Assembly: GCF_036365525.1 (NCBI RefSeq)
Contig: NW_027140807.1
Location: forward strand, 620,001-684,000
Direction: 5' to 3'
Source: Heterodontus francisci
Taxonomy: Eukaryota
DNA: 64,000 nucleotides
Positions 36,065 to 48,019 of the stretch are shown in pieces. Under the pieces are notes generated by a model. It ran no database searches. It was given only the letters and a program-made list of their open reading frames with translations, and was not told the DNA's origin. How positions within the stretch are numbered: the stretch's first letter is position 1; each line of letters starts with the position of its first letter. The position numbers and the translations under genes are program-made.

Positions 36065-36798
36065 TCCCATCACCAGCTGCACAGAAATACACCGCCTCGT
36101 CCGTGGCGTTCACACTCTCGATCGTCAGAGTGGATTTCTTATTGTCCAGAGTCCTGGTAATAACAAACCCGCTCTTAAAACCCTCTTCATACTGAGGTTC
36201 ACCTGCTGTATAGGTAAACCCGATTAACAGGAATCCTCTGTAGGGGGACTGACGATACCAGTACATGTAGCTGCGAACTGTTCCTTTCTGCAGACAGTTC
36301 ATTTCCACTGGTCCTGGTTGTTTAACAGCCAGTGACTGAGGCCATTGATGTATCACATCACCCCGGCAAACACCTAGAAAGAGAAATTAGAGGGAATGAA
36401 CTAGTATCGATGGAGTTACAATTGAGACGATGGGTGTCGGTGTTGCACCGAATTAACGACGGAAATTCGGTCTGTGTCCTAATTTCCTACAAGCACCTGG
36501 ATCTTTACAAATGTAAAATAGAATTGTGGAATCCACAAGTTTGCAAGTGGGTGCAAACATTAAAGAGTTAACATCATATTAATAACACTTGTCTTCCCAA
36601 ACTAGGGGACAGATGAATGAGTTCACTGTCTTCTATTAAACAATCGATTACTGATTTCACAAGTCACCGCCACTCAGTTTTATTGAGATCATTAATCATC
36701 CTTTTCAGTTAAACAAATGTAGAAGAGTGATTGGGACAGAATTTTAACCTACTCAGCGCCAGAAGGGAAATAGCAAAGACGATGAAACTGAAAGGCAT
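36065..36798 (-). CDS. TRBV: TCR beta V segment V13, apparently functional (third family)
   Basis: Leader 36798-36753 (MPFSFIVFAISLLAL); V exon 36373-36065 (IHQWP...CLQ...YMYWYRQ...YEEGF...YFCAAG). Confidence 0.9.
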
Positions 36799-37529
36799 GT
36801 TTGGTGCGGATCTGAGGCACTTTCAGTTGGTTCCTCTGGTTTAAGGGTGAGAGGCAGTTGTAGTTCACCTGGTGCAGAACGTCATTGAGATGGTCCCCGC
36901 CCCTACTTTTTAAGTTGTTCCCCCATTCTTTTGTTTGTTTCCTTCCTCCCCTTTCCACTTGTTTCTTGTCTCCATTTCCCTCCTTCCACCCCACTTTCTA
37001 CTCTGCTGCAAATGTCTTCACTCTCTTCCCTTTGTGAGCTTGCTGTCATGCCGAGGCGAGGGGAATTCTGAAGGTAGCGAGGTGTTGGAGAGGGTAGGTG
37101 AAAAAAACAAGGTGCGGTGCAACGATAGCTGCTTTGGGTGACTCCAGAGGTAACGGTGCAGAACAGGCGATTATTAACATCCTTTTGGAAATTAAAATCA
37201 GTAGTGGAGGAAGAGAAGGGGAATAGTTCGATGGCAGCGGAGGCGGCTCATATAACATCACTGTAAAGTGGCAATCTAAGTGCGTTTAGCCTTTAAAGTG
37301 AAAAGATTGCAGAAGCAGAGGAATTGACTCATTGATCAGCGGCGCCAAAGCCTGTGGTGGCGCGAAATATAGTGGAGCCACTGCGCCGACCAGTGGCAGC
37401 ATGGTGCAACTGCAACAAGCTGTGTTTGTTACTTTCCCAGTGAAACCCATGCTATGGGCTTCTTCAAGTCACTTCCTGAAATTCATCCTCCTTCTCAGTG
37501 TTTCATCCTCTCCTGCAGAGGATTATTAC

Positions 37530-37920
37530 CCGCAGAATTAACGATACAAATTCAGTCTTTGTCCTAATTTCCTGCCAGTATCTGTACAGATGTAAAGCAG
37601 AAGAGTGAAATCTACATGAGTAAAAGTGGGTGTCGATGTTATATGGTTAACAGTATATTCTTAACACTTTTGTTGCCAAAAAAGGGGAACAGATTAATGA
37701 GTTCACTATCTTATATTCAATAATTGATTGCTGATTTCACAAGTCACCGCCGCACAGTCTTGTTGCAATCATTAATCAGTTGATCAAATGTAAAACAGTG
37801 ATTGTGACAGAATTTAAACATACTCAGTGACAGAAGGAAAATAGCAAACGTCGATGAAATTGAATGGCATGTTTGCGGTGGATCTAAGACACTTTCTGCT
37901 GGTTGCTCTGGGTTTAAGGG
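37530..37920 (-). pseudogene. Orphan copy of the V13 leader and intron, with no V exon
   Basis: Similar to 36448-36845; leader 37870-37824 is 47 nt, so frameshifted. Confidence 0.75.
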
Positions 37921-37924
37921 AGCG

Positions 37925-38640
37925 AAGCTGAGGGAGGAAACATTAATGGGATTAGCATCCTTGAAAGTTAATAAATCACCAGGGCAGGATGAAATGAATC
38001 CTAGGCTGCAAAAAGAAGCAAGAGAAGAAATAGCAGAGGGTCTGACCATCTTTTTGCAGTCCTCACTGATTACAGGTGTGGTGCCGGAGGATTGGAGAAT
38101 TGTTAACTTTGTGCCTCCATTTAAAAAGGGAGAGAAGGATAGACTGACTACTTCCAGTCCAGTCAGTCTGACCTCAGTAATGAGCAAATTATTGCAATCT
38201 ATTCTGGGAGACAGGATAAACTGTCACTTAGAAAGGCACAGATTAATCCAGGATAGTCAGCATAGATTTGTTAAGGGACGATCTTGTTTGATCAACTTGA
38301 TCGAATTTTTTGAAGAAGTAACAAGGAAGATAGATGAGGGTAGTGCAGTTGACGTGGTCGACCTGGATTTTTGCAAGGCTTTTGAAAAGGCTGCATATGG
38401 CAGACTGGTTCAAAAAAAGAAAATCCCATCGCATTCAGGGAAATGCAGCAAGGTGAATGCAAAATTGGCTCAGTGGCAGGAAACAAAGGGTAATTGTTGA
38501 TGGGTGTTTTAGCGACTCGAGGGCTGTTGCCAGTGGCGTTGCACAGGGCTCAGCACTGGGTTCCCTGCTTTTTGTGGTATTTATTAACGATTTGGATGTA
38601 AATGTAGGGGGGCATAATCCAAATGTATGCAGACAACGCA
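37925..38640 (+). mobile_element. CR1 LINE RT fragment (frameshifted)
   Basis: KSPGQDEMNPR, GRSCLINLIEFFEEV, QGSALGSLLFVVFINDL. Confidence 0.9.
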
Positions 38641-39469
38641 AGGATCTCTGTCTGTTTATCGATATAGCTATCTATCTATCTCTGTACCTATCTGTCTATC
38701 TTTCTCTCTATCTATCTAGCTGCATGGCTGTGTGTCTGTCTGTCTATCTGTGTCAATTTGTCTCTCTATCTGTATGAATTCGTCTGTCTGTCTTCATATC
38801 TACCTATCTGCATGTCTGTCTGTCTCTCTATCTATTTGATTATTTGTCTGTCTGTCTGTCTGTCTTCATATCTACCTATCTGCATGTCTGTCTGTCTCTC
38901 TATCTATTTGATTATTTGTCTGTCTGTCTGTCTGTCTTTATATCTACCTATCTGCATGTCCGTCTGTCTCTCTATCTATTTGATTATGTGTCTGCCTGTC
39001 TGCCTGTCTATCTACCTATCTAATGTCTGNNNNNNNNNNNNNNNNNNNNNNNNNNNNNNNNNNNNNNNNNNNNNNNNNNNNNNNNNNNNNNNNNNNNNNN
39101 NNNNNNNNNNNNNNNNNNNNNNNNNNNNNNNNNNNNNNNNNNNNNNNNNNNNNNNNNNNNNNNNTGCCTGTGACATGGTGCTGTGAACCAATTGGCTTCC
39201 GTGTTTTAAGTACACTGCTCTCTGGAATGACCTAGCAAACCCTTCAGTTATCTACAAGGCAACACACACCTTCTCCAGGGCAATAAGTGACGATGAATAA
39301 CTACTGACCTTCTCAGACCCAGGCCCCCAGAATGAATTTTTTAAAAATCAAAGCAAGGGAAGAAGTTTCAGAGGATCTGACCATCAATTTCCAGTTCTTA
39401 ATTGGCTGTTAACTGTTTTGGGGCGTCGTGAAGTCGTGGAAGACCTGATATAATTTGTTTTTCTTATTC

Positions 39470-39990
39470 GTTCATGGGACGTGTATTTCTTTTGCAAGAC
39501 CAGCAATTATTTCACAATACTGATTGCCCTTGAGAAGGTGGTGGTGAGCTGCCCTCTTGAACCACTGCAATCCATGTGGGGTAGGTACACCCACAGTGCG
39601 GTTAGGAAGGGAGTTCCAGGATTTTGACCCAGTGACAGTGAAGAAACGGCGATATAGTTCCAAGTCAGGATGGTGTGTGACTTGGAGGGGAACTTGCAGG
39701 TGGTGGTGTTCCCATGATTCTACTGCCCTTGTCCTTCTAGGTGGTAGAGTTGGTGGGTTTGGAAGGTGCTGTCTGAGTAGCCTTGGTGCGTTGCTGCAGT
39801 GCATCTTGTCGATGATAAACACTGCTGCCACTGTGGTGTAGGAAGTGAGTGTTGAAGGTGGTAGATGGGGTGCTGATCAAGAGGGCTGCTTTGTCCTGTA
39901 TGATGTTGAGCTTCCTGAGTGTTGTTGGAGCTGCACCCATCCAGGCAAGTGGAGAGTATTCCATCACACTCCTGACTTGTGCCTTGTAGA
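39470..39990 (-). mobile_element. 3' fragment of a second LINE family; further copies at 49810-50200, 55550-55950 and 60460-61500
   Basis: YKAQVRSVMEYSPLAWMGAAP...GSKSWNSLP...FKRAAHHHLLKG. Confidence 0.8.
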
Positions 39991-40356
39991 TGATTGATAC
40001 TCTATACATCACTTCACAATGGTGATGTTAACTATCTGTCGTATTTAGATCATTAATTAACCTTCTAATTAATCAAGTATGAGACAGTGACTGTGACTCA
40101 CTTTTAACATACTCAGTGCCAGAAATTAAACGGTGTAGACGAGGACTTTGAAATTTTGCTGAGAATCTGAGACACAGCTCTCTCTCTTTCCTTCTGTCTC
40201 TTCCTCGTAACTTCTGCTATTCCCTGTCATTCAGCCCTTGATGAAGGTTGTGGAATCCGGGAATCACCAGCTTGGAAAACGGCCGGTGTGGCAGGGAGAG
40301 ACATTAACCATTGTCACTGCTCCTGTATGTCAGTCAGTTGTGTTGGTCACCCTGTT

Positions 40357-40395
40357 GGTTTTTGTACTGGCACTAAGGCAGTCTGCAGCGCTGTG
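40357..40395 (-). other. 23-RSS of V14
   Basis: CACAGCG-23-ACAAAAACC. Confidence 0.92.
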
Positions 40396-41211
40396 CTCAC
40401 TGGCTGCACAGTAATACACCGCCGCATCCGCAACCTTAACCTTGAGGACCCTCAGGCTGCATCGTCTCTCCTCGGGCCTTAAAATCTTCACCTCCTCTTC
40501 AAATTTTCCTTCGTAAATGGGTGCCCTTCCAGTGTAAGAATGACCCATTAGGGTGAGCCCCTGCCCGGCATACTGCCGATACCACAGCATAATGCTCTTT
40601 CTACTGTCATTCTGGTAACAATTTAATTCTGCTGGTTCACCTCTCTTCATCACGACCAGAGTTGGCCACTGGTGTATCACCTCTGCTAGAGTTTTGCCTT
40701 GAGAAATAAGGAGAATAGTTAAAAAAGGTTTAGAACATATTGTGACATATGATAACCAACTATAACTATCCAAAAAGATAGGTAGATAATACTAGATAAC
40801 TATATAGGCAGACAATATATAGTTAAATGATATATTGGTAGATATATAGATAATAAACAGATAGATATAGAGATTGAAAAATAATGTAGCAAGTGATATG
40901 AGACAGACAAATTAACCCAGAATTAGGGCAAACTTATCGGTTAAAGATAGCTGTAGTAGCGTCACGAAAATATAAGTAACTTTTATTCAGTCAAAAATTT
41001 CATTAAGCCAATATTATTTACAGTGGAAGTAAAGTATGTAGTTTAAGAAATGACAGAAAATCGACTGCAATGATGTTTTATCAATCTAGTTTGATAGAAG
41101 TTAGTAGTGAATGAAAACACAGCAAGTATTTAGCAGAGGTATCTTTATGAACAATGAATACCTACATGGAAGAAGTGAACAGACGATTAGGAAGAGTTTG
41201 ACTAACTGCAT
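40396..41211 (-). CDS. TRBV: TCR beta V segment V14, apparently functional (fourth family)
   Basis: Leader 41211-41166 (MQLVKLFLIVCSLLP); V exon 40697-40396 (IHQWP...CYQ...MLWYRQ...YYCAASE). Confidence 0.9.
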
Positions 41212-41989
41212 CCTGCAGACTGGGGGCTGAATCTGTTCATGAACCAATATCAGGCGGCTGAAGATAAAGCAGAGAGTGGAAATGACAGCACTGGAAACAG
41301 GGTTTCCTTCTGACCCCTCACTTCTGGGTATGACAGAATAATAACACCCCCTGGTCGGAAGGAGCTTGAATAAGGAACTGCTTCCCGTCTGTATCTGGCT
41401 CTCGTTGGTTGTGTCTGATTGGTGTTGTATAGCGTGGCTCTTGCGAACAGCCAGGCCAGGCTCGATGGGCTGTATGGCCTCGGCTCTGCTGTAGGATTCT
41501 ATAAATATATAAGACACATCAAGTGGCTTGTTTATATTAGGCAGATAAAGATTTATTTCCCCTTTGCTAAACGACAATTCAAGGGCTATGTTTTACATTG
41601 GGGTGAAATGTTAGATACTTTGAAAAGCGACAGTGTCATGAAGAAGTGGGTTAACTGTTTTAAACAGATGCTCAAACCGCCGTCAGGAGGCAGGTGTTCC
41701 AGTGAGAGACCTATCTGGGGAGGTGTCTCGCTTTTGCATTGTATGAATCATTGGGGACATGTACAACAGGGAGCTATGTGTAACTCTTGTCACATACCAC
41801 CGACAGCTCATTCAACAGGACCATGAACCCATGTACCCCACCTCGGAATCTGTTCTTTACAGGTAGAGGCTGCCTGAACGAGAAGGATCTGAGCACATTG
41901 CTGCAGCATTTTTAATAATTCATAATGTATTGATGTACTCTGAGTCGAAGGAGAGCAAGAAGATGAAACTGTGAGAGACAGAGAGATAA

Positions 41990-42365
41990 ATCGATGACAA
42001 ATATATATATATGATCGAGATAAATAGATAAATAAATGGTGCAAATAACAAAACATAGACAGCCAGATAGACAAATAGATCGATACAGATGGATAGATAG
42101 ATAGATACAGATGGATAGATAGATACAGATAGATAGATAGAGACAGAGAGACAGACAGACAGACAGGCAAACACAAAGATAGATAGACACAGATAGATTT
42201 ATAGATAGATTGATAGACACATAGATAGATAGAAAGATAGATAGACATCGATAGATACAGATCGATAGACAGATAGACAGATAGATAGATGCAGAGACGC
42301 ACAAAGAGACACAGAAACTCGCAGATAGTCCGAGAGACAGAAAGACACTGAGATAGACAGACAGG
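41990..42365 (+). repeat. (GATA/GACA)n microsatellite; similar tracts at 38645-39029 and 43260-43490
   Basis: Direct inspection. Confidence 0.9.
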
Positions 42366-42438
42366 TTTATGTCCCACAAGTGCTTTCCTCCTCCTTTAGA
42401 GTTTTTGCTGAACTCCGGCGCCTTTCTGAGTCACTGTG

Positions 42439-42737
42439 CCGACTCCAGGCACAGTAATACACGGCTGATTGATTCGCCCACAGGCTGGAGGACTCCAGGT
42501 GAAAATGGGTGTTGTCGGGTCTCCTGGCGGTGAAACCGTCCACCTCACCGGAGTGAATGACCGTTCCGGCAGAGGTGGAATAGAAAAGGTTCTCGGGCTT
42601 ATGGTCCAGATACCACCAGTACCGGTAGAATGCGGAGTCAGCTACTGCTTCTGTGTAAATACACTGGATATTGACTGGACAGCCTGGGGAATGGGATATG
42701 GAAGCGGGAGACTGTTGGTTCAGCACGGCCCCTACAT
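42439..42737 (-). pseudogene. TRBV: V15: divergent TRBV30-like V exon, open but conserved Trp replaced by Arg; leader not intact
   Basis: C...FYRYWWY...GFTARRP...YYCAWSR; RSS 42400-42438 is CACAGTG-23-GCAAAAACT; probable leader (ATG 43933) split by a LINE fragment at ~43705-43910. Confidence 0.75.
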
Positions 42738-45139
42738 CTGTAAAACAGAGAGAGAGAGAGAGAGAGAAAGATAGAGATACACCCAGGGACAAGATTTAAA
42801 TTGGACATCGGCCACGATGAGGGGACAGGCACGATGGGCCGAACGATCTCCTGTGTGCCCGAAATGTCCCGTGTTTCATTGTAAAAAGGGAGAGGTGGGA
42901 GAGGGAGAGATGCACAGAGAGAGAGAGACTCAGAGAAAGACATAGAATGATATAGAGTGAGAGAAAAGGAGAGAAGCAGAGACAGAGAGAGAGAGTAAGA
43001 GAGAGAGGGAAGCACACAGACAGAGGGAGAAAAACAACAACAATCTATAACAAAAACAAGAAATGCTGGATTCACTCAGCAGGTCTGGCAGCATCTGTAG
43101 AAAGAGAAGCAGAGTTAACGTTTCGGGTCAGTGACCCTTCTTCGGAACAATCTATACATGGACAACAGACGTGAAGGAGCTCAGAGGACAGGGAGAGAGA
43201 GAAAGAGAGACAGAGAGAAAGGGAGAGTGGGAGGGACAGACATAGAGGTACATATATCGTTAGACAGAGAGAAAGAGATATGTAAATAAATATTGATAGA
43301 TAGAGATTCTATATAGATAGATAGTGAAATAGGCAGATATACAGATAATTAGATAACATAGATAGACAGATAGATAGAGTGATGGATGGAGAGACAGATA
43401 AATAGACGGAGAGATAGATAGATATAAAGTTAGATATGCAGATTCATAGATAGATAGATTCAGAGAAAGGGAGATACTGAGAGATAGATGGTGCAATAGA
43501 CATTCTGATAAATCCAGAGGTGTAATGAACAACAATACTGTCATGTATGGGGTAAATATCACTCTAACACGTGCTTTTATAGTTTAGCTGCCAGTCTTAA
43601 AAATAAAGTACTGTTGTTCTGAAGGATTCACTATCAAACCATTTGTACAAAATGAATACATTTTATTTACCTTCCAAACACTAATCTGCACACAGGAAAC
43701 AGATTCCCCCGCCCCTTTGTGTGAAGGAGTACTTCCTGACATCACTCCTGAATAGCCTGGCTCGAATTTTGGGTTTAGACCACCTTGTTCTACCCCCGTG
43801 CCCCGCCCCCAACAAGAGGAAGCAGTTTATCTCCATCTCGCCGATCAACCCATTCAATCATTTTAAACACCTCAGTCAAATCACCATTTAATCTTCTCTA
43901 CCCGAGGGAATAAAGAACAAGCAATGTAAACATGTTGGGTGCTGCATTTCCTTCACACTTGATTAACTGATCAAAGATATTTTCAGAAACTCCGAACACA
44001 GGAAATCGATCAGAGAATCAGAGACTGGTTACAGTACAGAAGGAGGCCATTCGGCCCATCGAGTCCATGCCAGCTCTCTGCAAGATCAACCCAGCTAGTG
44101 CAACTCCTCCTATCTCTCCTGTCAATTCAATTTGTCGCCATAACCACCTGCAAATTCCTCTGCGCTGTTTCCTTCGCATGCTCTTGTGGAAGGACTTTGT
44201 CAGCACAACACAGCAACAGAATCGCATTGTACAGAGAGACACAGAGACAGGGAAGGCACCGTTAGTATGTGTGGTTATCAGAGTGCAGCTGTAAATGTTT
44301 CAACATGTTCACGGATGCAGCAAGAAAAAAAAACAGCCTGTTTTGTGGGTTTGCCCTGCACACATTTGTATTTTTCCACTCCTGGGCCTGAGGCAAAACA
44401 GTAGGTTAAAGGGTAAGGTAGCAAAGTGTTATGTTCCTGGGCTATTAATGTAAAGGCCTGGGCTAATAACCTGGAGATGTGTATTCAAATCCCAGCATGC
44501 TGGATTATTTCAATTTCCTTCATTAGATAAAGCTGGAATTGATGAAAAGCTGCTCTCAGTCATAACCTACAGTATTGGACAAAAAACTCATCGTCACTGA
44601 GATAAAGAAACCTGCCATCCTTATCCGGTCTGGCCTAAGAGGTGACTCCAGTCCCACAACAATATGGTTGATTCTTAAAAGGCCCTCTGCATTGGCCGGG
44701 CAAGACAGTCGGTCGTACAAAAGCTGTGACGGGAACAGACAGCAATGGGGGTGGGCTCATCGCCATCTTCTCAAGGACGGTGAGGTGGTGGGCACTGAAT
44801 TCTGCATAACAGTGTCACAACCACATCCTGTGAATGAAAGCAGATAGAGAGATTGAGAAATATAATTGAATAGAGACCTCAACACGGGTGTGTGTACACT
44901 GCATGGCCTGTCCTCACCCCCAGACACATCATCTGGTCTGTTTCAATCTTTCCCCTCACTGCTCTGTAGCTAACCCCAGCCTCCTCCATGCAAGCGATAC
45001 ATGCACAGTTACTTGGCTGAGCTCCCATCCAGCAACCCTCATTAACACTCCCCAGCAACCCTCCATCCTAAACTCCCACAAAATGCTCATGTGCCGGCTG
45101 TGTTATTTCCACCTACTTCACCAATCCCTTTCAACACCC

Positions 45140-45875
45140 CTAAATGTTGGTGTTGTTCTCCTGCTGAAGATGTTGTTGAATTTGTTGGTGTCTTCTTCCG
45201 ACTGAAGTTGTTGGTGAACTTCTTGGTGCCTTCTTCTGACTGAAGTTGTTGTTGAATTAGTTGGTGCCTTCTTCTGACTGAAGTTGTTGTTGAATTTGTT
45301 GGTGCTTTCTTCCGACTGAAGTTGTTGTTGGATTTTTGGTGTTTTTCTCTCCTGCTGAAGTTATTGTTGGATTTGTTGGGTTTTGTTTTACTGCAGCTGA
45401 AGTTGTTGTTGTATTTGTTGGTGTTTTTCTCCTGCTGAAGTTATTGTTGAATTTGTTGGTGTTTTTCTACTGCTGAAGTTGTTATTGAATTGTGGGGCTT
45501 TTTAACTGTTGCTGAAGTTGTTGTTGTATTCGTTGATGTTTTTTCCTGCTGATGTTGTTGTTGAATCTGTTGGTGTTCTTTACTGCCTGCTGACTTTGTT
45601 GTTGAATTTTTTGGTGTTTTTCTCCTGCTGAAGTTGTTGTTGTATTCATTGATATTTTTTTTCCCTGCTGTAGTTGTTGTTGAATTTGTTGGTGTTCTTT
45701 AATCCCTGCTGACTTTGTTGTTGAATTTGTGTGTTTTTCTCCTGCTGAAGTTGTTGTTGTAATCGTTGATTTTTTTTTCCTGCTGAAGTTGTTGAATTTG
45801 TTGGTGTTTTTCACCTGTTGAAGTTGTTGTTGAATTTGTTTGTGTTTTTCTTGAATTTGTTGCTGTTTTACTCCT
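45140..45875 (+). repeat. ~37-bp satellite CTGCTGAAGTTGTTGTTGAATTTGTTGGTGTTTTTCTC; also 55270-55520, 60150-60445, 61560-61795 and inverted at 52080-52920, 58150-58665
   Basis: Direct inspection. Confidence 0.9.
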
Positions 45876-46329
45876 GCGATGCAGTGTTAGAGGGGGCCAA
45901 TTTGCTACCAATAATATTGTCCTCCTCGGCACAGATGCCACCGGATGTAAGGAACTATGCATAATGATCCAACAACAAAGCATGTGCTTAGACTACACAG
46001 GTCAATGTGTTGAACAAATGAGAAACATTTCATTGGCTAGTATTGGGTTTTGTTTTGGTGACATCCTGGGACTGTGCAGAGAACAACCTCTGATGTCCAG
46101 AAGGGCAGAACTGCACAGTCAGAGGGGGCAATCCTCAGCAATGATTATCCTCCAATCAAAATTGCTCCGACAATAACCACAGATGATCTGGACATTATTG
46201 CCTGTTTGATGGATCTTGCTTTGTAGAAACTGGCTGCCACTGTTCCTATCTTGCAGCAGTGGCTGCACTTTGAAGAAGTACTAGCAACGAATATGGGATT
46301 AGTAAAGCACTCGGGTTCTTGGGCTTTAT

Positions 46330-46915
46330 AAATGGAAGCATGGAGCACAAGCGCTGGGAAGCTATGATGAACATTTCCAAAGCTCTGGTTAGGCTGTAAC
46401 TGGAAGTTTGCGTTCAGTTCTGGTCACCACACTTCAGGAAGGATGTGAGTGTCCATGACAGGGTGCAGAGGAGATTTTACCAGAATGGTTCCAGTGATGT
46501 TACATGGTTATTTTGGAGAATCTGGGGTTGTTTACCTTGGTGCAAAGGCAATTGAGGGGAGATCTGATAGAGGAAACAAGATTGTGACAGTGTTAGTTAA
46601 GGTAGACAGAGTAAACCTGTTCCCATTAGTGGATGGTGCAAGGACTATTGGTCACAGATTGATGATTCTGGACAATAGATACTGGGGTATTTGAGGAAGA
46701 ACCTCTATACACAGTGAGTGGTAACAACAGGGAATTCACTGCCTACCAGGGTGGTGGAAGTGGAGACAATGAATGATTTCAAAAGGAAATTGATTGGATA
46801 CCTGAAGGAGATAATCTTGCTGGGCCGCAGGGATAGAGAGGGGGAATGGGCTTGACAGGATTGCATGGACTCGATGGGCCGAATGGCCTCCTTCTGTACC
46901 ATACTGGCTGTATGA
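46330..46915 (+). mobile_element. CR1 LINE 3' fragment
   Basis: VQFWSPHFRKDV-like coding and a CR1 3' UTR (GGGCCGAATGGCCTCCTTCTGT). Confidence 0.8.
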
Positions 46916-47067
46916 CTTTCTGGCTAACTGGCTGTAAAGTGTTTTCAGATGACATGGTGTTGCAAAGGTCACCAATAGGGATACACAGGGGCTCGATGGT
47001 TTGCTGAGCTTTCCAGACGATGCTGCTCACAGGTGGGTGTTTTAGGGGCAGGTTGGGAGAGTGAGGA

Positions 47068-47106
47068 TGTTTTTGTCTCACTCTGCCGCAGGGTTGTATC
47101 GCTGTG
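47068..47106 (-). other. 23-RSS of V16
   Basis: CACAGCG-23-ACAAAAACA. Confidence 0.9.
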
Positions 47107-47732
47107 CCCACACTTGCTGCACAGTAGTAGGTCGCAGTGTCTGTCGACTGGGGGTCGCCCAGCTGCAGGGAGAATCGGTTGCTTGCAGAGTCGTGTTGCA
47201 CATTGAACCGCTTCTCAAAGCCTGGCCCACAGCTGCTGTATTCATTGCACATCCACTCTATTGCCTTCCCCTCCTGCCTGTACCAGTGCATGGTGTAGCT
47301 GCCCATGCTGGCTCCCTCCAAGCTGCAGCCAAGGGCGAGGGGCTTCCCCGGTCGAATAGAAGCCGCAGCTGGAGTCTGGACCACAGTGGGTGCAGACTGA
47401 ACCCCTGGAACACATTCCATAAAAGAAAGTAATTCAGAATCATGCAAGGAAAATGGTAGCATAAATCATAAAATCTAGCAGAATAGAAAGAGGCCGTTCT
47501 GCCCATCGTATCTGCGCTGGCTGTTTGAAAGAGCTATCGAGTTAGTCTCACTTGCCCCCGCTCCTACCCCATTGCCCTCCCAATTTCCCCGCTCCAAGCC
47601 CTGATCCAATAGCCATTTGGGAGATTACTATTGAATCTACTTCCACCTGCTGAAGGGATACCACTTACACCAAATCCAATGTCCAAGCAATAAGATGACC
47701 AAGATTGAGATGTTTTTAGCTAAGAGTGCCAT
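47107..47732 (-). CDS. V16: divergent antigen-receptor V segment (IgHV/TRDV-like features), apparently functional
   Basis: Leader 47732-47669 (MALLAKNISILVILLLGHWIW, GTAAGT donor); V exon 47404-47107: VVQTP...CSLEGASMGSYTMHWYRQ...IEWMCNEYSSCGPGFEKRF...DTATYYCAASV. Confidence 0.88.
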
Positions 47733-48019
47733 CGCCCTTCTCAGAAGCAGAGAGGCAGCCCTTACTGAGCAACAAGCCAGCGCCTGGTAAATGGAAATGC
47801 CACCGGTTGTGATGAAAAGAGTGGAACGATTGGCCGCCCATCCTGTACCTCGACCACGCCTGTCAGCAGAGTGAACAAATGAGGAGCACTTCCGTCGGCA
47901 ACATTGCTGTTATTTATGCAGATTGCTGCAAGCCCCTGAGCCGGACTTTCTCTCTTCCCTTCCCAACATTCCCACATTTCCTTCCATGGAATATTGCCTT
48001 ATTTTTTGATTGGTCATGA

